From positions 2,499 through 66,498 of the forward strand of contig JAZRAG010000058.1 of assembly GCA_045634445.1 (NCBI GenBank): DNA of 64,000 bases, read 5' to 3'. This stretch comes from Candidatus Spyradenecus sp. GTDB lineage: Bacteria; Verrucomicrobiota; Kiritimatiellia; RFP12; DVOR01. Both the position numbers and the translations under genes were made by a program. This document shows, piece after piece, positions 45,252 through 53,921 of the stretch. Each line of letters starts with the position of its first letter. The first letter of the stretch is position 1. The notes beneath the pieces are model-generated. The model made no database searches and had not been told where the DNA came from. It saw nothing but the letters and a program-made list of their open reading frames with translations.

Positions 45252-46088
45252 ATGGCAAACATCACCATTCAGATGATCAACGACCTCCGTGCTGCTACTA
45301 ACGTCGGCATGATGGACTGCAAGCGTGCGCTTCAGGACACCGATGGCAACATGGAAGAAGCGATCAAGATCCTTCGCGAAAAGGGCCTCGCTCTCCAGGT
45401 GAAGCGCGCTGACCGCGAATCCAAGCAGGGTATCATCGCTGCCGCCGCTGGCGCAAACGGCGCATACGGCATCGTTGAATTGAACTGCGAAACCGACTTC
45501 GTCGCTAAGACCGACAAGTTCTTGGACTTCGCTAAGGAACTCGCAGCTGCTTGCGCTGCTGGTGACGAAAACCTCGCTGAAACGCACGCTACGCGTTTGA
45601 CCGAAGTCGTCGCTGCAACCGGTGAAAACGTCAAGATTCGCCGTGGCAAGTACTTTGACCTCACCGGCACCGGCGCTGTGGAAGCTTATATCCACATGGG
45701 CGGTAAGATCGGCGTGTTGGTTGAAGTGGGCTGCACCAAGGAAGAAACCGTTAAGACGGAAGCATTCCAGCAGTTGATCCACGACATCTGCCTCCAGGCT
45801 GCTGCAGCTGGCGCTCGTTACCTCAACGAAACCGAAGTGCCCGCAGAAGAAATTGAGAGCGAAAAGGAAGTTTATCGCGCTCAGGTCGAAGGCAAGCCTG
45901 CTAACATCATCGAAGGTATCCTCAAGGGTAAGCTCAAGAAGCACTTCGCAGAAGTCTGCTTGGTCGATCAGCCCTTCGTTAAGGAACCCAAGATGTCCGT
46001 GACCGACGTCATCCGCGAAACCGAAAAGGCTACCGGCGACACGATCACTGTGAAGCGCTTCGTGCGTTATCAGCTCGGCATGGCTTAA
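45252..46088 (+). CDS. tsf: Elongation factor Ts
   Basis: ITIQMINDLRAATNVGMMDCKRALQDTDGNMEEAIKILREKG UBA-like N-terminus. EF-Ts core. Confidence 0.9.
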   Translation: MANITIQMINDLRAATNVGMMDCKRALQDTDGNMEEAIKILREKGLALQVKRADRESKQGIIAAAAGANGAYGIVELNCETDFVAKTDKFLDFAKELAAACAAGDENLAETHATRLTEVVAATGENVKIRRGKYFDLTGTGAVEAYIHMGGKIGVLVEVGCTKEETVKTEAFQQLIHDICLQAAAAGARYLNETEVPAEEIESEKEVYRAQVEGKPANIIEGILKGKLKKHFAEVCLVDQPFVKEPKMSVTDVIRETEKATGDTITVKRFVRYQLGMA

Positions 46089-46135
46089 TTGGCCTCATGT
46101 CTGTTTTTAAACGTTATTGAAAAAGGAATACGACC

Positions 46136-46237
46136 ATGGGACAGCAGCTCCGTAAGCGCGTGAAGCGCGCACGTCGTGAAGCCTACAAGAAGCGTGTTCA
46201 GGCACGTTTGCGTGCAGGCATGAAGACCGCTAAGTAA
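46136..46237 (+). CDS. Small highly basic protein (33 aa), candidate ribosomal bS22-like peptide
   Basis: MGQQLRKRVKRARREAYKKRVQARLRAGMKTAK. AAGGA RBS 8 nt upstream and a strong intrinsic terminator immediately downstream. Highly-expressed codon style. Same length, MG start and RVQ.R block as mycobacterial bS22 ([33 protein letters not shown], from memory). Too short for the ORF track. Confidence 0.4.
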   Translation: MGQQLRKRVKRARREAYKKRVQARLRAGMKTAK

Positions 46238-46256
46238 GTCTTCGCCTAACGGCAAT

Positions 46257-46299
46257 AAAACGCGTCTCCTTCGGGAGGCGCGTTTTTCTTTTCTTTTCG
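46257..46299 (+). terminator. Rho-independent terminator
   Basis: AAAACGCGTCTCC ttcg GGAGGCGCGTTTTTCTTTTCTTTT, i.e. a GC-rich 9-bp stem with tetraloop and U-tract. Confidence 0.85.
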
Positions 46300-46532
46300 T
46301 ATTTCATTCCTTTGTTATTCATTTTCAGTTCCTTTCAGTTTAGTTCGCTTTATGCGTTTTCTCTTTACGCTCATCTCCTTTTTTCTCAAATCGTCTCTTT
46401 TCATCAAGGCGGTTTCTTTTATGCGCGATTGTCGTTTTAAGACACGATTGAGCACTCTTCCCCTTTAGGGGACTTGTTAACTTTCACTTGCTTAAAAAGG
46501 GTCAGTTTTGATATACTTTAATCTATTCACGT

Positions 46533-46609
46533 GCGATTGTAGCTCAATTGGATAGAGCGTTGGCCTCCGAAGCCGAAGGTTACGAGTTCGAACCTCGTCT
46601 TTCGCACCA
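46533..46609 (+). tRNA. tRNA-Arg (anticodon CCG), CCA encoded
   Basis: D-arm TAGCTCAATTGGATAGAGC. Anticodon stem-loop TTGGC CTCCGAA GCCGA (anticodon CCG). T-arm ACGAG TTCGAAC CTCGT. 3' ...CGCACCA. Resembles E. coli tRNA-Arg(CCG). Acceptor-stem boundaries uncertain by 1-2 nt. Promoter TTGCTT -N18- TATACT at 46488-46517. Confidence 0.8.
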
Positions 46610-46633
46610 TTTTTCGCTTTTTAGGGAGTGGTT

Positions 46634-47887
46634 ATGGCAACAGATCTTAAGGCTGCGTATAAAACTGTAATGGACGATCATTTTACGCCCAAAATGGAGA
46701 TTTCCTTCGTTGATGGCGATAAGCGTCAGACATTGGTATACGAAAAGGTTGCTTGGACGATTGATGGTGTACGTAAGGGTTTGCGTTATGGCGAAAACCC
46801 AGGTCAAGAAGCCGCAATGTATCGTTTATTGAATGGCAACTTGGTTTTAGGTGATGTAACGACGATTCAGCCCGGTCGTGCACTTGTTTCTGACGCAGAA
46901 CTCTTACAGTTTGGCAAGCACCCTGGCAAGATTAATATTACCGACGCTGATAACGCACTTAACATTTTGCGTTTCTTGTCGGCTACGCCGTGTGCTGTGA
47001 TTGTCAAGCACAATAACCCCTGTGGTGTGGCAAAGGGTAGCACGATTGCTGAAGCATATGATCGCGCAAATAAGGCTGATATGTTGGCCGCATTTGGTGG
47101 TTGTATCGCATTGAACCGCACTTGCGATCGCGAAACTGCAGAATTGATTACGCAGAATTATGCAGAAGTTGTGGTGGCTCCTGACTTCACTGAAGAAGCG
47201 ATGGCGCTCTTTCAGACGAAGAAAAATCTTCGCGTGATGAAGATTGGCGCAATGGAACACCTTGAAACGTATGCAACCGAACGCTTCCTTGACCTCAAGA
47301 GCATGATGGATGGTGGCGTGATTGCACAGTTGAGCTATTTGCCTGAAGCACGTACTCCAGAAGGTTTGATTGTTCCTGAAGTGACCTCCAAGGATGGCGT
47401 GGTGCACCGCATTAATCGTATGCCGACAGCCCAGGAAATGGATGACTTGATTTTCGGCTGGTTGGTTGAAAGCGGCGTGACGTCAAACTCTGTGCTTTTC
47501 GTGAAGGACGGTGTAACGGTTGGTATTGGTACGGGTGAACAGGATCGCGTAGGCGTGGCTGAAATCGCTCGTGACAAGGCTTATCGTAAGACTGCAGACC
47601 GTTTTGCACGTGAAAACTATGGCACGCCTTACAATGAATTGACTGATGCTGCTAAGATTGCAGCTTGTGATGCCTTTGCTAAGGAAACCAAGGGTGGCAT
47701 GATTGGCGCTTGTATGGTTTCTGACGCATTCTTCCCGTTCCGTGATGGCGCAATGGTGGGTATTAACGAAGGTATCTCTTCGATTATTCAGCCTGGCGGC
47801 GCAATTCGTGACTGGGACGTCATTGACTGCTGTAACGAGCACAATGTGGCGATGGTCTTCACGGGTCAGCGTAGCTTCCGTCACTAA
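46634..47887 (+). CDS. AICAR transformylase-domain protein (PurH C-terminal domain homologue, lacking the N-terminal IMP cyclohydrolase/MGS domain)
   Basis: VIVKHNNPCGVAKGSTIAEAYDRA matches the PurH AICARFT KHxNPCGVA signature. 418 aa. ATG 46634 with GGGAG RBS is preferred over the GTG at 46628. Confidence 0.65.
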   Translation: MATDLKAAYKTVMDDHFTPKMEISFVDGDKRQTLVYEKVAWTIDGVRKGLRYGENPGQEAAMYRLLNGNLVLGDVTTIQPGRALVSDAELLQFGKHPGKINITDADNALNILRFLSATPCAVIVKHNNPCGVAKGSTIAEAYDRANKADMLAAFGGCIALNRTCDRETAELITQNYAEVVVAPDFTEEAMALFQTKKNLRVMKIGAMEHLETYATERFLDLKSMMDGGVIAQLSYLPEARTPEGLIVPEVTSKDGVVHRINRMPTAQEMDDLIFGWLVESGVTSNSVLFVKDGVTVGIGTGEQDRVGVAEIARDKAYRKTADRFARENYGTPYNELTDAAKIAACDAFAKETKGGMIGACMVSDAFFPFRDGAMVGINEGISSIIQPGGAIRDWDVIDCCNEHNVAMVFTGQRSFRH

Positions 47888-47908
47888 TCGTTAAAGAGGA
47901 GTGTAGGG

Positions 47909-48505
47909 ATGCGTTGGTTAACGTATTTGGCAGTAATCGTAGTGGTCACCCTTTTCACAGGGTGTGCCTCTACTTTAGGGTGGTATGCTGATGAAACTGC
48001 GCTTACCACTCAGCAACCTGTCGATGGGATGCGTTCGCTCGATATCCCAGTACGCTTCTTTAATGAAGAATTAGACGAAAGTTATCAGTATAACGGCCTT
48101 GGTGTCATTAATGACCAAGAGACCTTTACTAAGATGTGGCGCATGTATACACAGGAAGCCACCGCATTGCCACCCTCGATTGACTTTCGTGATTATGCTT
48201 TGATCTTCGTTTACGATCCTAAGTACTACAACCATGTTTCCATCATTGGGTTGAATGTTTGGAAGGGGATCGCAAACCCGATTATCAGTTCTACCAATTG
48301 GAAGTTAAGCATTGAAGGCAATCAGCAATTGCGTAAGATTCGCGAACGCGAAGGTGCGAAATTGCCTGAGCCTAAGGTGAATGTTGCATTCTTGCAAGTA
48401 CCGCGCCATAAGGAAGGCCAACGTGGCGTTACGGCGCTTTTGGTAAGTGGCAATATTGAAAACGAAGAAGACAGTCTTGTCATTCCAATTCCTGATGCAC
48501 CATAA
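47909..48505 (+). CDS. Hypothetical lipoprotein
   Basis: MRWLTYLAVIVVVTLFTGC lipobox. No catalytic motifs recognised. Confidence 0.5.
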   Translation: MRWLTYLAVIVVVTLFTGCASTLGWYADETALTTQQPVDGMRSLDIPVRFFNEELDESYQYNGLGVINDQETFTKMWRMYTQEATALPPSIDFRDYALIFVYDPKYYNHVSIIGLNVWKGIANPIISSTNWKLSIEGNQQLRKIREREGAKLPEPKVNVAFLQVPRHKEGQRGVTALLVSGNIENEEDSLVIPIPDAP

Positions 48506-48522
48506 GTGGAGTAGGGGACCTT

Positions 48523-49245
48523 ATGCCACATCGTCAACTTTCCTTTAAAGAAGCTTGTGCGCGAACGCGTATTCCAGAGCAGGTACTTCGTGATGCTGTT
48601 AAATACAGTGAAGTGCCATTTCGTAAGCAAGGTGCAGAAGTTGTCTTTAAGGCCTCGGAGTTGGATGCATGGGCATCAGCCCGTATTTTGGCTTTAAGCC
48701 CAAAAGTGCTTCAACCTGAGCATACGGCGTCCACGCGCATGGATGTGAAGAATCTGCGTGATGACATTCTTTTGCCGCGTTTGATTAAGCCTGAATTCAT
48801 CAATCTTGATTTCACCGCTAAGACGCGTAAAAGCGTGATTCGTGATTTGGTTGATGCCGCAGAAGCACTTGGTTTGCTCTACGATCCTGCCGACATGTTG
48901 GCCCAATTGGAAGCGCGTGAAGAGGTTTCTTCTACAGCGTTACCAGGTGGTATTGCATTGCCGCACCCGCATCATCCCGATCCGTATTTGATTTCTGAGC
49001 CATTTATTTTAATTGCGCGAGCTCGAAAAGCTGTGTGGTATGGCGCTGAGGATGATTCACCAACAGACCTTTTCTGTTTGGTTTGTTGTAATGAAAACTT
49101 CTCGCATTTGCACGTTTTAGCACGCTTGTGCATGATGATTCGAGATACGGATATTCTTGAATCCTTGCGTAACGCTACGAATGTTGACGAAGCAATTGAA
49201 GCACTTTTCGCTTCGGAATGCACCGTTTTGTCGCGCCTTCGATAA
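48523..49245 (+). CDS. PTS EIIA type-2 (EIIA-Ntr/Fru-like) domain protein with N-terminal HTH-like region
   Basis: ALPGGIALPHPHH phosphorylation-site-like motif of the EIIA-2 family. N-terminal ~60 aa resembles a MerR/excisionase-type HTH. Confidence 0.5.
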   Translation: MPHRQLSFKEACARTRIPEQVLRDAVKYSEVPFRKQGAEVVFKASELDAWASARILALSPKVLQPEHTASTRMDVKNLRDDILLPRLIKPEFINLDFTAKTRKSVIRDLVDAAEALGLLYDPADMLAQLEAREEVSSTALPGGIALPHPHHPDPYLISEPFILIARARKAVWYGAEDDSPTDLFCLVCCNENFSHLHVLARLCMMIRDTDILESLRNATNVDEAIEALFASECTVLSRLR

Positions 49246-49341
49246 GATTTAAGGTATTTCTAACTGCATTTCATCGCTTCGATAAAGAGCTGCAGAGTAG
49301 GGGAGCACCCCTAACCCATGTAAAATTTCCAACGAAAAACT

Positions 49342-49815
49342 ATGGCAACCGTTCTCCTTAAAACGCATGGCAAATTAAGCGCTCCGCTCAAAAAAGCGCG
49401 GTTACAATGCGCTGCAAACTACTGTGCAGCCGCTGCAGAACGTTGGAGCGCGCCAGAGGCGCCGTGGTTGGAGGTAACCGTTCACTTAGTGCACGATGCA
49501 ATTAGTGCGGAAGTAAATGATGCGATTCTGGGCCATGAAGGTCCCACAGATGTTATTACACAACGTTACGAAACCTTCCCAGGAGAGGCGCCCGGCTTAA
49601 TTGGCGAGATCTACGTCAATCTTGATGAAGCGCAGCGTATCTCTGAGAAGTTGGGAACAACAACCTTTGAGGAAGAAGTTGTGCTTTACATCGCACATGG
49701 TTGCGATCATTTAACGGATGCAGACGATGCCACACCAGAAGAACGTCGCGCAATGCGTCGCCGCGATTTACGCTGGATGCATGCAGCACTCCGTAAAGCA
49801 GATAACTTAAAATAA
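49342..49815 (+). CDS. ybeY: Endoribonuclease YbeY (rRNA maturation factor)
   Basis: VLYIAHGCDHLTDADD matches the YbeY H-x-H-x5-H zinc motif. 157 aa. Confidence 0.75.
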   Translation: MATVLLKTHGKLSAPLKKARLQCAANYCAAAAERWSAPEAPWLEVTVHLVHDAISAEVNDAILGHEGPTDVITQRYETFPGEAPGLIGEIYVNLDEAQRISEKLGTTTFEEEVVLYIAHGCDHLTDADDATPEERRAMRRRDLRWMHAALRKADNLK

Positions 49816-50690
49816 TTCCTTCTTTAAGGAATAGAACGTCTCTCAACGAGTAGGCGAGTCTTTTTCACCCTCAATATCTTTTATGAAAATAGCCCAATAT
49901 TGATTTATAAGGTAATTATAACATTGTCGCATAATGCAAGTTATGATTTAAACATGATCGAAAAAGGCTGTTATTAAAGGCTTTAATGGGATTGGATTAA
50001 GTTGGTCGTTATTTATTATTTCATTAATATTGGTTTGGGATTTATTTCATTACATTATTTAAATTCGGTTTTATTTGGTTTGTTTTGTGTAAACATTCGA
50101 ACCTTTTTAATCACCGTCCAGGTGTTTCTTTCGTTATTTTTGAGTTTTTACTCCATTAGATTTAATTTGAACATCAAAAACTTTATTTTGATCTATAAAC
50201 TTATTCAATGAGCATTTAGTAAAGACAGTCATTCTTTTTAGGCGTGAATCTTTATTTGTAAGGGATACGTCTAATTGTCTTATCAAATTTACGTCCGAAA
50301 TTATCTTTGCTTGTACGATAGGTATTTTGGGTGGCATTCTAATCGAAATTTAAATGCTTCAATTTTAAGTGTTTTAATCGTGTCGTTTGGGATGTCTTTT
50401 GTGTCTATTTTGAATAAGGCTTGAATTGAAGATCAAAAAGGGTTGTATTGAGATTGAAAAAGGCTTGTTTTGACATTCAATTCAAGCCTTTTTCAAAACG
50501 CGCTATTTTAGCTATTCTCTTTTGAAGTGTTTTCGATGCGCTATTTTAACTTAACTTATTTACAATCAATAGGTTATTTAAATCTAATAATTCAACAACC
50601 TTTTATTTCGGATTTCGTGAACAAAAATGTCCATTTATTGGTAATTTTGGAGTGATTTTGATGTGCTTTTTTGTTATACTATGCGCGATT
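49816..50690. other. ~0.87 kb strongly AT-rich non-coding-looking region between ybeY and tRNA-Leu
   Basis: GC markedly lower than flanks (visual estimate ~30 percent). Only a low-complexity hydrophobic 69-aa ORF (50002-50211). Contains a repeat-family copy at 50415-50492. Confidence 0.5.
50415..50492. repeat. MITE-like unit: perfect 15-bp terminal inverted repeats AAGGCTTGAATTGAA / TTCAATTCAAGCCTT flanking a 48-bp core containing GGTTGT/CTTGTTTTGA repeat-family motifs
   Basis: aaggcttgaattgaa gatcaaaaagggttgtattgagattgaaaaaggcttgttttgaca ttcaattcaagcctt. Confidence 0.6.
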
Positions 50691-50691
50691 C

Positions 50692-50773
50692 GGGCCTGTG
50701 GTGAAACTGGCAGACACGCAGGATTTAGGTTCCTGTATCGCAAGATGTGAGGGTTCAAGTCCCTCCGGGCCCA
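50692..50773 (+). tRNA. tRNA-Leu (anticodon TAG), long variable arm, CCA not encoded
   Basis: Acceptor GGGCCTG/CGGGCCC. D-arm GTGAAACTGGCAGACAC. Anticodon stem-loop CAGGA TTTAGGT TCCTG (UAG). Variable arm TATCGCAAGATGT. T-arm GAGGG TTCAAGT CCCTC. Discriminator A. TGtTATACT promoter element at 50672-50680. Confidence 0.8.
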
Positions 50774-50805
50774 TTAATAATCTCCCCTTTTACATTGAAA
50801 TTACC

Positions 50806-51285
50806 ATGACACGCACTGGAATTGGCTTTGATACGCATCGTCTTGTGGAAGAGCGTAAGCTCATTTTAGGCGGAATTGACATCCCCTACTCCTTTGGGTT
50901 GCTTGGTCACTCGGATGCGGACGTGTTAACGCATGCCATTATGGATGCGCTTTTGGGGGCGATTGCCGATGGTGATATTGGCCAACATTTTCCTGACACA
51001 GATCCTCGGTGGAAGGGCGCAGATAGCGTTCGTTTACTTGAAGCTGTTACAGCGCGTTTGCGTCAAAAGGGTTGGCAAATTGGTAATATTGATGCGACCG
51101 TTTTGGCAGAACGCCCTAAATTGATGCCGCACATCCCTGCCATGCGCGAAAAACTTGCCGCCGCAATGCAGATTTCTGTAGATGCGGTTTCGGTCAAAGC
51201 CACAACTGTGGAAGGTCTTGGCGCGATTGGTCGTCGCGAAGGCATTTCTGCGATGGCGGTCGCCACCGTCTATCCCCTATCCTAA
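50806..51285 (+). CDS. ispF: 2-C-methyl-D-erythritol 2,4-cyclodiphosphate synthase
   Basis: [12 protein letters not shown]...[19 protein letters not shown]...[16 protein letters not shown] are IspF motifs. Track ORF 50671 is rejected because it runs through the tRNA. Confidence 0.85.
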   Translation: MTRTGIGFDTHRLVEERKLILGGIDIPYSFGLLGHSDADVLTHAIMDALLGAIADGDIGQHFPDTDPRWKGADSVRLLEAVTARLRQKGWQIGNIDATVLAERPKLMPHIPAMREKLAAAMQISVDAVSVKATTVEGLGAIGRREGISAMAVATVYPLS

Positions 51286-51323
51286 CGTTTCATTAGCAAA
51301 ACGCGTTACGTTAATACCATTAA

Positions 51324-51376
51324 GTGTTTGAAAATGAAGAAAGAGATTGCTTCATTTCAAACACGTTTCTCTACTT
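51324..51376 (+). terminator. Probable intrinsic terminator after ispF
   Basis: GTGTTTGAAAATGAAG ... CTTCATTTCAAACAC inverted repeat followed by T-rich tract. Confidence 0.5.
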
Positions 51377-51383
51377 TAAATTA

Positions 51384-51392
51384 TGGTATAAT
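51384..51392 (+). promoter_or_regulatory. Extended -10 promoter TGGTATAAT for malic enzyme gene
   Basis: ttaTGGTATAATattcgcg ~48 nt upstream of ATG 51441. Confidence 0.5.
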
Positions 51393-51440
51393 ATTCGCGT
51401 TTTTTTACATTTCATTTCTTTAACAGTTTGAGGTTTTCAA

Positions 51441-52730
51441 ATGGCAATTCAGATTACGAAAGAAGAAGTTTTTGAATTTCACAATGGCGGTAAGGTGCGC
51501 GTGGCACTTTCGAAGCCTTTAGCAACTCAAAAGGACCTTTGCCTTGCTTATACGCCTGGTGTGGCTCAGGCTGTGAAAGAAATCGCTGCAAAGCCCGAAA
51601 CTGTTTACAATTTGACGAGCAAGCATAATCTTGTGGCTGTTGTTTCTGATGGTACCGCAATCCTCGGCTTGGGTGACCTCGGGGCTGCCGCCTCCATCCC
51701 TGTGATGGAAGGTAAAGCCGCACTCTTCAAGACCTTTGCAAACGTTGACGCATGGCCCGTGCCCTTGGGTTGTTGCCGTATTGATGGTAAGGATACGGGT
51801 AAGACCGATCCGAAGCGCATCATTGAAGTTGTTCGCGCTTTGGCCCCGATGTATGGCGGCATCAACTTGGAAGATATCGCAGCTCCGGCTTGCTTTGAAA
51901 TCGAAGACACGCTTGATGCAGAACTCGACATTCCTGTATTCCATGATGACCAGTGGGGTACTGCTGTGATTACAGTGGCAGGCGTCATCAACTACGCATA
52001 CATTAGCAAGCGCGATTTGAGCGAACTTAATGTGGTTGTCAATGGCGCAGGTGCTGCAGGCATTCGCATCGCAGATATGTGCAAGGCTGCAGGCGTTCAG
52101 AACTTGACGATGTGTGACTCTAAGGGTATCATTCACTCCGAACGTGAAGACCTTACCAGCCACAAGCGTCGTCACGCAGTCACAACCGACAAGCGTACGC
52201 TCAAGGACGCAATTGCTGACGCACATGTCTTCATCGGCGTTTCTGCAGCAAACGTGCTCTCTGGCGATGATGTCAAGACAATGGCAGATTTCCCGGCCAT
52301 TTTCGCAATGGCTAACCCCGACCCTGAAATCGAGCCCGCAGTTGTCGCAGAAGCGATGGGTGATAAGCCTTACGTAATGGCTACGGGTCGCTCTGACTAT
52401 CCGAATCAGATCAATAATGTGCTCGGCTTCCCCTTCCTTTTCCGTGGTGCATTGGACGTGAAGGCACGTACCATCAATACCGAAATGAAGGTCGCGGCTT
52501 CTACGGCATTGGCAATGTTGGCACGCGAACCCGTTCCTGCAGACATCCAGGCCCTCTACCCCAACGAAAAGCTTGAATTCGGCACGCAATACATCATTCC
52601 GAAGGCTTTTGACCGCCGCTTGTACAGCGTGGTTTCCTACGCTGTCGCAGAAGCTGCAGTGAAGTCTGGTGCTGCTCCTGCAGATACCGACCTTGCCGCA
52701 CTCAAGGCTCAGCTCGAAGCAGGTTTCTAA
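51441..52730 (+). CDS. NAD(P)-dependent malic enzyme (small, ~430-aa type)
   Basis: LCLAYTPGVAQA, AVVSDGTAILGLGDLG, VNGAGAAGIRIADM (Rossmann) and GRSDYPNQINNVLGFP are malic enzyme signatures. Confidence 0.85.
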   Translation: MAIQITKEEVFEFHNGGKVRVALSKPLATQKDLCLAYTPGVAQAVKEIAAKPETVYNLTSKHNLVAVVSDGTAILGLGDLGAAASIPVMEGKAALFKTFANVDAWPVPLGCCRIDGKDTGKTDPKRIIEVVRALAPMYGGINLEDIAAPACFEIEDTLDAELDIPVFHDDQWGTAVITVAGVINYAYISKRDLSELNVVVNGAGAAGIRIADMCKAAGVQNLTMCDSKGIIHSEREDLTSHKRRHAVTTDKRTLKDAIADAHVFIGVSAANVLSGDDVKTMADFPAIFAMANPDPEIEPAVVAEAMGDKPYVMATGRSDYPNQINNVLGFPFLFRGALDVKARTINTEMKVAASTALAMLAREPVPADIQALYPNEKLEFGTQYIIPKAFDRRLYSVVSYAVAEAAVKSGAAPADTDLAALKAQLEAGF

Positions 52731-52749
52731 TTCATTGCTCACTGAACGC

Positions 52750-53370
52750 ATGCCAAACGCACCCGAAGTCAATGCGTCACCTACTACGGAAGCGAATCCC
52801 CTCTTCCGTAAACTACTGACACTGACACTTGTCTTTGGGAAGTTTGGCGCGCTTACCTTCGGTGGCGGTTATGCCATTGTGGCAATGATGGAAGATGAAA
52901 TCGTTCATCGCCGTCAATGGATGACCTCTGAAGAATTAATGGACCTCATCGCAATTGGCGAAAGTACACCAGGTCCCATCGCAGTAAATACTGCTACATT
53001 TGTCGGCTACAAGCTCGCTGGCATCGTCGGCAGTCTTGTAGCCGTTTTAGCATTAGTGCTCCCTGCGTGGTTAATTATCCTTCTCATCAGCGGATGCTAT
53101 ATCACCTTACGCGAAAATGTTTGGATTGCGGCAGCCTTGAGTGGCATTCGTGTGGCAGCCATCGTGTTGATTGCGCAAGCGTGTCTTCGCATGGGCTCAA
53201 AGCTAAAGCGTACGTGGTTTAATGGAGTTATGCTTGGAAGCGCCTTCTATTTGACTGCGTTTCCCTCGGTGAGTGCCTTTTATGTGATTATGGGGGCATT
53301 GTTAATTGGTATCCTGTGGCACGGCATTCGCCCGCGGTATCTCTTGAAGCACACGGAGGAAAAGCAATGA
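52750..53370 (+). CDS. Chromate transporter (CHR) family protein, N-terminal-type half
   Basis: FGKFGALTFGGGYAIVAMMEDEIVHRRQWMTSEEL is the ChrA-domain signature. ATG 52750 is chosen because the track ORF start overlaps the malic enzyme gene. Confidence 0.7.
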   Translation: MPNAPEVNASPTTEANPLFRKLLTLTLVFGKFGALTFGGGYAIVAMMEDEIVHRRQWMTSEELMDLIAIGESTPGPIAVNTATFVGYKLAGIVGSLVAVLALVLPAWLIILLISGCYITLRENVWIAAALSGIRVAAIVLIAQACLRMGSKLKRTWFNGVMLGSAFYLTAFPSVSAFYVIMGALLIGILWHGIRPRYLLKHTEEKQ

Positions 53371-53921
53371 TCTACTTAACGCTTTTCCTCACCTTCTTCA
53401 AAATAGGCCTCTTTACATTGGGTGGCGGCTATGCCATGATTCCACTCATCCAAGCTGAAGTAATTGATCATCACGCCTGGATGACTTTGGAACAATTCAC
53501 TGAATTTGTCGGCATTGCAGAAAGCACGCCAGGACCTTTCGCCATCAATATTTCAACCTTCTGTGGCACTACAACAGGTGGATTCTTGGGAAGTATTTGC
53601 GCCACTGCAGGCGTTGTGCTTCCTTCGGTTATTATTATTTTACTTATTGCAAGTGTTGCAAGTCGCGTACTGAATCATTGGACGACGAAATCTGCATTAC
53701 AAGGCGCTAAACCCGCGGTTGTAGGCCTTTTAGGCGTGGCCGCATTTTCACTTTCTAGGAATGCCTTCTTTCAAGGCGAAGGCGAATTAAATCTAATCGC
53801 CCTTTTACTTGCTATCGCCCTTTTTACACTCTCCAAACTTCTTAAACTTAGCGCGATTCCATTGATTCTCAGTGGTGCAGCAATTGGCGTAGTTCTGCAG
53901 TTATGCGGTATCTCGCTCTAA
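53367..53921 (+). CDS. Chromate transporter (CHR) family protein, second half (split short-chain CHR pair)
   Basis: FFKIGLFTLGGGYAMIPLIQAEVIDHHAWMT. ATGA overlap with preceding half. Confidence 0.7.
   Translation: MIYLTLFLTFFKIGLFTLGGGYAMIPLIQAEVIDHHAWMTLEQFTEFVGIAESTPGPFAINISTFCGTTTGGFLGSICATAGVVLPSVIIILLIASVASRVLNHWTTKSALQGAKPAVVGLLGVAAFSLSRNAFFQGEGELNLIALLLAIALFTLSKLLKLSAIPLILSGAAIGVVLQLCGISL

Noticed and set aside
44216-45944. Minus-strand ORFs of 350 and 238 aa across rpsB and tsf
   Set aside because: Antisense to ribosomal protein S2 and EF-Ts genes. Low-complexity S/G/A/D-rich translations.
50002-50211. 69-aa hydrophobic ORF in the AT-rich region
   Set aside because: Composition simply reflects AT-rich DNA (F/I/L/N/Y codons). 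No RBS. Likely non-coding.
51519-52772. 417-aa minus-strand ORF across the malic enzyme gene
   Set aside because: Antisense shadow of a well-supported malic enzyme CDS. Cys/His-rich nonsense composition.
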